Assembly (NCBI GenBank): GCA_002189035.1
Contig: NEEC01000024.1
Coordinates: 1 to 64,000, forward strand
Length of the DNA stretch: 64,000 nt
Direction of reading: 5' to 3'
From: Utricularia gibba
Lineage: Eukaryota; Plantae; Magnoliophyta
Part shown: piece by piece, positions 39,426 to 51,500 of the stretch
How the letters are laid out: each line of letters starts with the position of its first letter
Position numbering within the stretch: the stretch's first letter is position 1
The notes under the pieces: generated by a model
Database searches by the model: none
Told to the model about the DNA's origin: nothing
Seen by the model: only the letters and a program-made list of their open reading frames with translations
Program-made: the position numbers and the translations under genes

Positions 39426-39740
39426 CTGACTCCTTTGCCACATCGGGTCCTACTCGACGAAAATCGTGCTGCACTTATTGAAGTTAGGATGTCATGAGCA
39501 CCCAAAATGGTTTTCTCAACCGCATGCTTTATATCTGAGGAGGCGCTCTCGTGGGGCAACGGTATCGAGAAGGAGGTCGAGTCGAGCTCGGGCCCATAGT
39601 CATTTGTGGCTCGGCAAAAAACTTGATGCATTTCTTAACGTTGGGTTTTAATTGGCTGCCTACATGGTTTCTCAAGGAAAAGCTTGTCGTTTTTGGGCGG
39701 GTGATGTCGTTGTGAACTTCGTTCTGACCCAAGGTTCGGT
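39426..39740 (+). repeat. Reference full-length 315-bp monomer (matches consensus)
   Basis: Runs from CTGACTCCTTTGCC to CCCAAGGTTCGGT and the next unit starts at 39741. Hand count: 154/315 G+C and 19 CpG. Single sites for SphI (unit position 97), SacI (159), ApaI (165), NsiI (201), AclI (212) and HindIII (255). Confidence 0.97.
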
Positions 39741-42541
39741 CTGACTCCTTTGCCACATCGGGTCCTACTCGACGAAATCGTGATGCACTTATTGAAGTTA
39801 GGATGTCATAGCACCCAAAATGGTTTTCTCAACCGCATGCTTTATATCTGAGGAGGCGCTCTCGTGGGGCAACGGTATCGAGAAGGAGGTCGAGTCGAGC
39901 TCGGGCCCATAGTCATTTGTAGCTCGGCAAAAAACTTGATGCATTTCTTAACGTTGGGTTTTAATTGGCTGCCTACATGGTTTCTCAAGGAAAAGCTTGT
40001 CGTTTTTGGGCGGGTGATGTCGTTGTGAACTTCGTTCTGACCCAAGGTTCGGTCTGACTCCTTTGCCACATCGGGTCCTACTCGACGAAAATCGTGCTGC
40101 ACTTATTGAAGTTAGGATGTCATAAGCACCCAAAATGGTTTTCTCAACCGCATGCTTTATATCTGAGGAGGCGCTCTCGTGGGGCAACGGTATCGAGAAG
40201 GAGGTCGAGTCGAGCTCGGGCCCATAGTCATTTGTAGCTCGGCAAAAAACTTGATGCATTTCTTAACGTTGGGTTTTAATTGGCTGCCTACATGGTTTCT
40301 CAAGGAAAAGCTTGTCGTTTTTGGGCGGGTGATGTCGTTGTGAACTTCGTTCTGACCCAAGGTTCGGTCTGACTCCTTTGCCACATCGGGTCCTACTCGA
40401 CGAAATCGTGATGCACTTATTGAAGTTAGGATGTCATGAGCACCAAAATGGTTTTCTCAACCGCATGCTTTATATCTGAGGAGGCGCTCTCGTGGGGCAA
40501 CGGTATCGAGAAGGAGGTCGAGTCGAGCTCGGGCCCATAGTCATTTGTGGCTCGGCAAAAAACTTGATGCATTTCTTAACGTTGGGTTTTAATTGGCTGC
40601 CTACATGGTTTCTCAAGGAAAAGCTTGTCGTTTTTGGGCGGGTGATGTCGTTGTGAACTTCGTTCTGACCCAAGGTTCGGTCTGACTCCTTTGCCACATC
40701 GGGTCCTACTCGACGAAATCGTGATGCACTTATTGAAGTTAGGATGTCATAAGCACCCAAAATGGTTTTCTCAACCATGCTTTATATCTGAGGAGGCGCT
40801 CTCGTGGGGCAACGGTATCGAGAGGAGGTCGAGTCGAGCTCGGGCCCATAGTCATTTGTGGCTCGGCAAAAAACTTGATGCATTTCTTAACGTTGGGTTT
40901 TAATTGGCTGCCTACATGGTTTCTCAAGGAAAAGCTTGTCGTTTTTGGGCGGTGATGTCGTTGTGAACTTCGTTCTGACCCAAGGTTCGGTCTGACTCCT
41001 TTGCCACATCGGGTCCTACTCGACGAAAATCGTGATGCACTTATTGAAGTTAGGATGTCATCCCAAAATGGTTTTCTCAACCGCATGCTTTATATCTGAG
41101 GAGGCGCTCTCGTGGGGCAACGGTATCGAGAAGGAGGTCGAGTCGAGCTCGGGCCCATAGTCATTTGTGGCTCGGCAAAAAACTTGATGCATTTCTTAAC
41201 GTTGGGTTTTAATTGGCTGCCTACATGGTTTCTCAAGGAAAAGCTTGTCGTTTTTGGGCGGGTGATGTCGTTGTGAACTTCGTTCTGACCCAAGGTTCGG
41301 TCTGACTCCTTTGCCACATCGGGTCCTACTCGACGAAAATCGTGATGCACTTATTGAAGTTAGGATGTCATGAAACCAAAATGGTTTTCTCAACCGCATG
41401 CTTTATATCTGAGGCGCTCTCGTGGGGCAACGGTATCGAGAGGAGGTCGAGTCGAGCTCGGGCCCATAGTCATTTGTGGCTCGGCAAAAAACTTGATGCA
41501 TTTCTTAACGTTGGGTTTTAATTGGCTGCCTACATGGTTTCTCAAGGAAAAGCTTGTCGTTTTTGGGCGGGTGATGTCGTTGTGAACTTCGTTCTGACCC
41601 AAGGTTCGGTCTGACTCCTTTGCCACATCGGGTCCTACTCGACGAAAATCGTGATGCACTTATTGAAGTTAGGATGTCATAAGCACCCAAAATGGTTTTC
41701 TCAACCGCATGCTTTATATGAGGAGGCGCTCTCGTGGGGCAACGGTATCGAGAAGGAGGTCGAGTCGAGCTCGGGCCCATAGTCATTTGTAGCTCGGCAA
41801 AAAACTTGATGCATTTCTTAACGTTGGGTTTTAATTGGCTGCCTACATGGTTTCTCAAGGAAAAGCTTGTCGTTTTTGGGCGGGTGATGTCGTTGTGAAC
41901 TTCGTTCTGACCCAAGGTTCTTTGCCACATCGGGTCCTACTCGACGAAAATCGTGCTGCACTTATTGAAGTTAGGATGTCATGAGCACCCAAAATGGTTT
42001 TCTCAACCGCATGCTTTATATCTGAGGAGGCGCTCTCGTGGGGCAACGGTATCGAGAAGGAGGTCGAGTCGAGCTCGGGCCCATAGTCATTTGTGGCTCG
42101 GCAAAAAACTTGATGCATTTCTTAACGTTGGGTTTTAATTGGCTGCCTACATGGTTTCTCAAGGAAAAGCTTGTCGTTTTTGGGCGGGTGATGTCGTTGT
42201 GAACTTCGTTCTGACCCAAGGTTCGGTCTGACTCCTTTGCCACATCGGGTCCTACTCGACGAAAATCGTGATGCACTTATTGAAGTTAGGATGTCATAAG
42301 CACCCAAAATGGTTTTCTCAACCGCATGCTTTATATCTGAGGAGGCGCTCTCGTGGGGCAACGGTATCGAGAAGGAGGTCGAGTCGAGCTCGGGCCCATA
42401 GTCATTTGTGCTCGGCAAAAAACTTGATGCATTTCTTAACGTTGGGTTTTAATTGGCTGCCTACATGGTTTCTCAAGGAAAAGCTTGTCGTTTTTGGGCG
42501 GGTGATGTCGTTGTGAACTTCGTTCTGACCCAAGGTTCGGT
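39426..42541. repeat. Block of nearly all full-length type-L monomers
   Basis: Ten units; nine have the intact CAAGGTTCGGTCTGACTC junction and only the one at ~41915 is deleted. No type-R alleles seen. Confidence 0.7.
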
Positions 42542-45500
42542 CTGACTCCTTTGCCACATCGGGTCCTACTCGACGAAAATCGTGGTCCTACTCGACGAAA
42601 ATCGTGCTTATTGAAGTTAGGATGTCATAAGCACCAAAATGGTTTTCTCAACCGCATGCTTTATCAGGAGGCGCTCTCGTGGGCAACGGTATCGAGAAGG
42701 AGGTCGAGTCGAGCTCGGGCCCATAGTCATTTGTGGCTCGGCAAAAAACTTGATGCATTTCTTAACGTTGGGTTTTAATTGGCTGCCTACATGGTTTCTC
42801 AAGGAAAAGCTTGTCGTTTTTGGGCGGGTGATGTCGTTGTGAACTTCGTTCTGACCCAAGTTCGGTCTGACTCCTTTTTCCACATCGGGTCCTACTCGAC
42901 GAAAATCGTGATGCACTTATTGAAGTTAGGATGTCATGAGCACCCAAAATGGTTTTCTCAACCGCATGCTTTATATTTGATAAGGCGCTCTCGTGGGGCA
43001 ACGGTATCGAGAAGGAGGTCGAGTCGAGCTCGGGCCCATAGTCATTTGTAGCTCGGCAAAAAACTTGATGCATTTTTAACGTTGGGTTTTAATTGGCTGC
43101 CTACATGGTTTCTCAAGGAAAAGCTTGTCGTTTTTGGGCGGGTGATGTCGTTGTGAACTTCGTTCTGACCCAAGTTCGGTCTGACTCCTTTTTCCACATC
43201 GGGTCTACTCGACGAAAATCGTGATGCACTTATTGAAGTTAGGATGTCATAAGCACCCAAAATGGTTTTCTCAACCGCATGCTTTATATCTGAGGAGGCG
43301 CTCTCGTGGGCAACGGTATCGAGAAGGAGGTCGAGTCGAGCTCGGGCCCATAGTCATTTGTAGCTCGGCAAAAAACTTGATGCATTTTTAACGTTGGGTT
43401 TTAATTGGCTGCCTACATGGTTTCTCAAGGAAAAGCTTGTCGTTTTTTTGGCGGGTGATGTCGTTGTGAACTTCGTTCTGACCCAAGGTTCGGTCTGACT
43501 CCTTTTTCCACATCGGGTCCTACTCGACGAAAATCGTGATGCACTTATTGAAGTTAGGATGTCATAAGCACCCAAAATGGTTTTCTCAACCGCATGCTTT
43601 ATATCTGAGGAGGCGCTCTCGTGGGGCAACGGTATAGGTCGAGTCGAGCTCGGCCCATAGTCATTTGTGGCTCGGCAAAAAACTTGATGCATTTTTTAAC
43701 GTTGGGTTTTAATTGGCTGCCTACATGGTTTCTCAAGGAAAAGCTTGTCGTTTTTGGGCGGTGATGTCGTTGTGAACTTCGTTCTGACCCAAGGTTCGGT
43801 CTGACTCCTTTGCCACATCGGGTCCTACTCGACGAAAATCGTGCTGCACTTATTGAAGTTAGGATGTCATGAGCACCCAAAATGTTTTCTCAACCGCATG
43901 CTTATATTTGATAAGGCGCTCTCGTGGGCAACGGTATCGAGAAGGTCGAGTCGAGCTCGGGCCCATAGTCATTTGTGGCTCGGCAAAAAACTTGATGCAT
44001 TTCTTAACGTTGGGTTTTAATTGGCTGCCTACATGGTTTCTCAAGGAAAAGCTTGTCGTTTTTGGGCGGGTGATGTCGTTGTGAACTTCGTTCTGACCCA
44101 AGATTCGGTCTGACTCCTTTTTCCACATCGGGTGCTACTCGACGAAATCGTGATGCACTTATTGAAGTTAGGATGTCATAAGCACCCAAAATGGTTTTCT
44201 CAACCGCATGCTTTATATCTGAGGAGGCGCTCTCGTGGGGCAACGGTATCGAGAAGGAGGTCGAGTCGAGCTCGGGCCCATAGTCATTTGTAGCTCGGCA
44301 AAAAACTTGATGCATTTTTTAACGTTGGGTTTTAATTGGCTGCCTACATGGTTTCTCAAGGAAAAGCTTGTCGTTTTTTGGCGGGTGATGTCGTTGTGAA
44401 CTTCGTTCTGACCCAAGTTCGGTCTGACTCCTTTTTCCACATCGGGTCCTACTCGACGAAATCGTGATGCACTTATTGAAGTTAGGATGTCATAAGCACC
44501 CAAAATGGTTTTCTCAACCGCATGCTTATATTTGAGGAGGCGCTCTCGTGGGGCAACGGTATCGAGAGGAGTCGAGTCGAGCTCGGCCCATAGTCATTTG
44601 TGCTCGGCAAAAAACTTGATGCATTTTTTAACGTTGGTTTTAATTGGCTGCCTACATGGTTTTTCAAGGAAAAGCTTGTCGTTTTTGGGCGGGTGATGTC
44701 GTTGTGAACTTCGTTCTGACCCAAGGTTCGGTCTGACTCCTTTGCCACATCGGGTCCTACTCGACGAAAATCGTGCTGCACTTATTGAAGTTAGGATGTC
44801 ATAAGCACCAAAATGGTTTTCTCAACCGCATGCTTTATATTTGATAAGGCGCTCTCGTGGGGCAACGGTATCGAGCAGGGGTCGAGTCGAGCTCGGGCCC
44901 ATAGTCATTTGTGGCTCGGCAAAAAACTTGATGCATTTTTAACGTTGGGTTTTAATTGGCTGCCTACATGGTTTCTCAAGGAAAAGCTTGTCGTTTTTGG
45001 GCGGGTGATGTCGTTGTGAACTTCGTTCTGACCCAAGTTCGGTCTGACTCCTTTTTCCACATCGGGTGCTACTCGACGAAAATCGTGATGCACTTATTGA
45101 AGTTAGGATGTCATGAGCACCAAAATGGTTTTCTCAACCGCATGCTTTATATCTGATAAGGCGCTCTCGTGGGGCAACGGTATCGAGCAGGGTCGAGTCG
45201 AGCTCGGGCCCATAGTCATTTGTGGCTCGGCAAAAAACTTGATGCATTTTTTAACGTTGGGTTTTAATTGGCTGCCTACATGGTTTCTCAAGGAAAAGCT
45301 TGTCGTTTTTGGGGGTGATGTCGTTGTGAACTTCGTTCTGACCAAGTTCGGTCTGACTCCTTTTACATCGGGTCCTACTCGACGAAAATCTGCACTTATT
45401 GAAGTTAGGATGTCATAAGCACCCAAAATGGTTTTCTCAACCGCATGCTTTATATCTGAGGAGGCGCTCTCGTGGGCAACGGTATCGAGAAGGAGGTCGA

Positions 45501-48500
45501 GTCGAGCTCGGGCCCATAGTCATTTGTGGCTCGGCAAAAAACTTGATGCATTTTTAACGTTGGGTTTTAATTGGCTGCCTACATGGTTTTCAAGGAAAAG
45601 CTTGTCGTTTTTGGGCGGGTGATGTCGTTGTGAACTTCGTTCTGACCCAAGTTCGGTCTGACTCCTTTTTACATCGGGTGCTACTCGACGAAAATCGTGA
45701 TGCACTTATTGAAGTTAGGATGTCATGAGCACCAAAATGGTTTTCTCAACCGCATGCTTTATATTTGATAAGGCGCTCTCGTGGGGCAACGGTATCGAGC
45801 AGGTGGTCGAGTCGAGCTCGGGCCCATAGTCATTTGTGGCTCGCAAAAAACTTGATGCATTTTTAACGTTGGGTTTTAATTGGCTGCCTACATGGTTTCT
45901 CAAGGAAAAGCTTGTCGTTTTTGGGCGGGTGATGTCGTTGTGAACTTCGTTCTGACCCAAGTTCGGTCTGACTCCTTTTTCCACATCGGGTGCTACTCGA
46001 CGAAAATCGTGCACTTATTGAAGTTAGGATGTCATAAGCACCCAAAATGGTTTTCTCAACCGCATGCTTTATATCTGAGGAGGCGCTCTCGTGGGGCAAC
46101 GGTATCGAGAAGGAGGTCGAGTCGAGCTCGGCCCATAGTCATTTGTGGCTCGGCAAAAAACTTGATGCATTTCTTAACGTTGGGTTTTAATTGGCTGCCT
46201 ACATGGTTTCTCAAGGAAAAGCTTGTCGTTTTTGGGCGGGTGATGTCGTTGTGAACTTCGTTCTGACCCAAGTTCGGTCTGACTCCTTTTTCACATCGGG
46301 TTACTCGACGAAAATCGTGCTTATTGAAGTTAGGATGTCATAAGCACCCAAAATGGTTTTCTCAACCGCATGCTTTATCTGAGGGCGCTCTCGTGGGGCA
46401 ACGGTATCGAGAAGGAGGTCGAGTCGAGCTCGGGCCCATAGTCATTTGTGGCTCGGCAAAAAACTTGATGCATTTCTTAACGTTGGGTTTTAATTGGCTG
46501 CCTACATGGTTTTTCAAGGAAAAGCTTGTCGTTTTTGGGCGGGTGATGTCGTTGTGAACTTCGTTCTGACCCAAGTTCGGTCTGACTCCTTTTTCCACAT
46601 CGGGTGCTACTCGACGAAAATCGTGCTGCACTTATTGAAGTTAGGATGTCATGAGCACCAAAATGGTTTTCTCAACCGCATGCTTTATATCTGAGGAGGC
46701 GCTCTCGTGGGGCAACGGTATCGAGAAGGAGGTCGAGTCGAGCTCGGGCCCATAGTCATTTGTGGCTCGGCAAAAAACTTGATGCATTTTTTAACGTTGG
46801 GTTTTAATGGCTGCCTACATGGTTTCTCAAGGAAAAGCTTGTCGTTTTTGGGCGGGTGATGTCGTTGTGAACTTCGTTCTGACCCAAGGTTCGGTCTGAC
46901 TCCTTTCCACATCGGGTCCTACTCGACGAAAATCGTGCTGCACTTATTGAAGTTAGGATGTCATGAGCACCCAAAATGGTTTTCTCAACCGCATGCTTTA
47001 TATCTGAGGAGGCGCTCTCGTGGGGCAACGGTATCGAGAAGGAGGTCGAGTCGAGCTCGGGCCCATAGTCATTTGTGGCTCGGCAAAAAACTTGATGCAT
47101 TTCTTAACGTTGGGTTTTAATTGGCTGCCTACATGGTTTCTCAAGGAAAAGCTTGTCGTTTTTGGGCGGGTGATGTCGTTGTGAACTTCGTTCTGACCCA
47201 AGGTTCGGTCTGACTCCTTTGCCACATCGGGTCCTACTCGACGAAAATCGTGCTGCACTTATTGAAGTTAGGATGTCATGAGCACCAAAATGGTTTTCTC
47301 AACCGCATGCTTTATATTTGATAAGGCGCTCTCGTGGGGCAACGGTATCGAGCAGGTGGTCGAGTCGAGCTCGGGCCCATAGTCATTTGTGGCTCGGCAA
47401 AAAACTTGATGCATTTTTTAACGTTGGGTTTTAATTGGCTGCCTACATGGTTTCTCAAGGAAAAGCTTGTCGTTTTTGGGCGGGTGATGTCGTTGTGAAC
47501 TTCGTTCTGACCCAAGTTCGGTCTGACTCCTTTTTCCACATCGGGTGCTACTCGACGAAAATCGTGCTTATTGAAGTTAGGATGTCATAAGCACCCAAAA
47601 TGGTTTTCTCAACCGCATGCTTTATATCTGAGGGCGCTCTCGTGGGGCAACGGTATCGAGAAGGAGGTCGAGTCGAGCTCGGGCCCATAGTCATTTGTGG
47701 CTCGCAAAAAACTTGATGCATTTTTAACGTTGGGTTTTAATTGGCTGCCTACATGGTTTCTCAAGGAAAAGCTTGTCGTTTTTGGGCGGGTGATGTCGTT
47801 GTGAACTTCGTTCTGACCCAAGGTTCGGTCTGACTCCTTTTTCCACATCGGGTCCTACTCGACGAAAATCGTGCTGCACTTATTGAAGTTAGGATGTCAT
47901 GAGCACCCAAAATGGTTTTCTCAACCGCATGCTTTATATTTGAGGAGGCGCTCTCGTGGGGCAACGGTATCGAGAGGAGGTCGAGTCGAGCTCGGGCCCA
48001 TAGTCATTTGTGGCTCGCAAAAAACTTGATGCATTTCTTAACGTTGGGTTTTAATTGGCTGCCTACATGGTTTCTCAAGGAAAAGCTTGTCGTTTTTGGG
48101 CGGGTGATGTCGTTGTGAACTTCGTTCTGACCCAAATTCGGTCTGACTCCTTTTTACATCGGGTGCTACTCGACGAAAATCGTGCTTATTGAAGTTAGGA
48201 TGTCATAAGCACCCAAAATGGTTTTCTCAACCGCATGCTTTATATCTGAGGAGGCGCTCTCGTGGGGCAACGGTATCGAGAAGGAGGTCGAGTCGAGCTC
48301 GGGCCCATAGTCATTTGTGGCTCGGCAAAAAACTTGATGCATTTCTTAACGTTGGGTTTTAATTGGCTGCCTACATGGTTTCTCAAGGAAAAGCTTGTCG
48401 TTTTTGGGCGGGTGATGTCGTTGTGAACTTCGTTCTGACCCAAGATTCGGTCTGACTCCTTTTCCACATCGGGTGCTACTCGACGAAAATCGTGCTTATT

Positions 48501-51500
48501 GAAGTTAGGATGTCATAAGCACCCAAAATGGTTTTCTCAACCGCATGCTTTATATTTAGGAGGCGCTCTCGTGGGGCAACGGTATCGAGAAGGAGGTCGA
48601 GTCGAGCTCGGGCCCATAGTCATTTGTGTCGCAAAAAACTTGATGCATTTTTAACGTTGGGTTTTAATTGGCTGCCTACATGGTTTCAAGGAAAAGCTTG
48701 TCGTTTTTGGCGGGTGATGTCGTTGTGAACTTCGTTCTGACCCAAGGTTCGGTCTGACTCCTTTTTCCACATCGGGTCCTACTCGACGAAAATCGTGATG
48801 CACTTATTGAAGTTAGGATGTCATAAGCACCAAAATGGTTTTCTCAACCGCATGCTTTATATCTGAGGAGGCGCTCTCGTGGGGCAACGGTATCGAGAAG
48901 GAGGTCGAGTCGAGCTCGGGCCCATAGTCATTTGTGGCTCGGCAAAAAACTTGATGCATTTTTTAACGTTGGGTTTTAATTGGCTGCCTACATGGTTTCT
49001 CAAGGAAAAGCTTGTCGTTTTTGGGCGGGTGATGTCGTTGTGAACTTCGTTCTGACCCAAGGTTCGGTCTGACTCCTTTCCACATCGGGTCCTACTCGAC
49101 GAAAATCGTGCTGCACTTATTGAAGTTAGGATGTCATGAGCACCAAAATGGTTTTCTCAACCGCATGCTTTATATCTGAGGAGGCGCTCTCGTGGGGCAA
49201 CGGTATCGAGAAGGAGGTCGAGTCGAGCTCGGGCCCATAGTCATTTGTGGCTCGGCAAAAAACTTGATGCATTTCTTAACGTTGGGTTTTAATTGGCTGC
49301 CTACATGGTTTCTCAAGGAAAAGCTTGTCGTTTTTGGGCGGGTGATGTCGTTGTGAACTTCGTTCTGACCCAAGGTTCGGTCTGACTCCTTTTCCACATC
49401 GGGTCCTACTCGACGAAAATCGTGCTGCACTTATTGAAGTTAGGATGTCATGAGCACCCAAAATGGTTTTCTCAACCGCATGCTTTATATTTGATAAGGC
49501 GCTCTCGTGGGGCAACGGTATCGAGAAGGAGGTCGAGTCGAGCTCGGGCCCATAGTCATTTGTGGCTCGGCAAAAAACTTGATGCATTTTTTAACGTTGG
49601 GTTTTAATTGGCTGCCTACATGGTTTCTCAAGGAAAAGCTTGTCGTTTTTGGGCGGGTGATGTCGTTGTGAACTTCGTTCTGACCCAAGGTTCGGTCTGA
49701 CTCCTTTTTCCACATCGGGTCCTACTCGACGAAAATCGTGATGCACTTATTGAAGTTAGGATGTCATAAGCACCCAAAATGGTTTTCTCAACCGCATGCT
49801 TTATATCTGAGGAGGCGCTCTCGTGGGGCAACGGTATCGAGAAGGAGGTCGAGTCGAGCTCGGGCCCATAGTCATTTGTGGCTCGGCAAAAAACTTGATG
49901 CATTTTTTTAACGTTGGGTTTTAATTGGCTGCCTACATGGTTTCTCAAGGAAAAGCTTGTCGTTTTTGGGCGGGTGATGTCGTTGTGAACTTCGTTCTGA
50001 CCCAAGATTCGGTCTGACTCCTTTTTCCACATCGGGTGCTACTCGACGAAAATCGTGATGCACTTATTGAAGTTAGGATGTCATAAGCACCCAAAATGGT
50101 TTTCTCAACCGCATGCTTTATATCTAGGAGGCGCTCTCGTGGGGCAACGGTATCGAGAGGAGGTCGAGTCGAGCTCGGGCCCATAGTCATTTGTGGCTCG
50201 CAAAAAACTTGATGCATTTTTTAACGTTGGGTTTTAATTGGCTGCCTACATGGTTTCTCAAGGAAAAGCTTGTCGTTTTTGGCGGGTGATGTCGTTGTGA
50301 ACTTCGTTCTGACCCAAGATTCGGTCTGACTCCTTTTTCACATCGGGTGCTACTCGACGAAAATCGTGATTATTGAAGTTAGGATGTCATAAGCACCCAA
50401 AATGGTTTTCTCAACCGCATGCTTTATCTGAGGAGGCGCTCTCGTGGGGCAACGGTATCGAGAAGGAGGTCGAGTCGAGCTCGGGCCCATAGTCATTTGT
50501 GGCTCGGCAAAAAACTTGATGCATTTCTTAACGTTGGGTTTTAATTGGCTGCCTACATGGTTTCTCAAGGAAAAGCTTGTCGTTTTTGGGCGGGTGATGT
50601 CGTTGTGAACTTCGTTCTGACCCAAGGTTCGGTCTGACTCCTTTTTACATCGGGTGCTACTCGACGAAAATCGTGATGCACTTATTGAAGTTAGGATGTC
50701 ATAAGCACCCAAAATGGTTTTCTCAACCGCATGCTTTATATTTGAGGAGGCGCTCTCGTGGGGCAACGGTATCGAGAAGGAGGTCGAGTCGAGCTCGGGC
50801 CCATAGTCATTTGTGGCTCGGCAAAAAACTTGATGCATTTTTAACGTTGGGTTTTAATTGGCTGCCTACATGGTTTCTCAAGGAAAAGCTTGTCGTTTTT
50901 GGGCGGGTGATGTCGTTGTGAACTTCGTTCTGACCCAAGGTTCGGTCTGACTCCTTTTTCCACATCGGGTGCTACTCGACGAAAATCGTGATGCTTATTG
51001 AAGTTAGGATGTCATAAGCACCCAAAATGGTTTTCTCAACCGCATGCTTTATATTGAGGAGGCGCTCTCGTGGGGCAACGGTATCGAGAAGGAGGTCGAG
51101 TCGAGCTCGGGCCCATAGTCATTTGTGCTCGGCAAAAAACTTGATGCATTTCTTAACGTTGGGTTTTAATTGGCTGCCTACATGGTTTCTCAAGGAAAAG
51201 CTTGTCGTTTTTGGGCGGGTGATGTCGTTGTGAACTTCGTTCTGACCCAAGGTTCGGTCTGACTCCTTTCCACATCGGGTCCTACTCGACGAAAATCGTG
51301 CTGCACTTATTGAAGTTAGGATGTCATGAGCACCCAAAATGGTTTTCTCAACCGCATGCTTTATATCTGAGGAGGCGCTCTCGTGGGGCAACGGTATCGA
51401 GAAGGAGGTCGAGTCGAGCTCGGGCCCATAGTCATTTGTGGCTCGGCAAAAAACTTGATGCATTTTTTAACGTTGGGTTTTAATTGGCTGCCTACATGGT

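Larger units (their letters stand above)
1..42541. repeat. Left satellite domain (type L): CCTTTGCC / CATTTCTT alleles, mixed 315-bp and ~305-bp units
   Basis: Units read CCTTTGCCACATC and GGTCCTAC. The junction deletion CAAGGTTC^CTTTGCC is frequent (e.g. 6481, 11421, 15431, 27151; last related deletion at ~41920). Unit position 183 segregates G/A and position 71 is mostly G. Confidence 0.85.

Noticed and set aside
39481-39490. TTAGG telomere-like motif in AAGTTAGGAT
   Set aside because: It is a single pentamer per unit, not tandem, and the homologous B-half position reads GTTGGG.
39576-39595. Palindrome cluster GTCGAGTCGAGCTCGGGCCC and other 6-bp palindromes; 4-bp-stem hairpin ACGA-AAA-TCGT; 7-bp inverted repeat ACTCGAC/GTCGAGT
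   Set aside because: Seven 6-mer palindromes against about 5 expected in 315 bp is not a meaningful excess, and the stems are too short to claim cruciform or other non-B DNA.
39600-39700. Phased A/T tracts causing intrinsic curvature
   Set aside because: Tract spacings in half B (about 15, 15, 22, 10 and 12 bp) are not a consistent 10-11 bp period.
39426-39740. CENP-B box (TTCGnnnnAnnCGGG core)
   Set aside because: I checked every TTCG and CGGG on both strands of the unit by hand. None has the required spacing and central A; the closest is GTCGTTTTTGGGCGGG, which fails.
39600-39740. Possible homology to grass centromeric satellites CentC/CentO (short motifs such as TTCACAACGACAT on the minus strand)
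   Set aside because: The resemblance is from memory, covers only short motifs, and the spacing is not collinear. It needs a real alignment before any claim.
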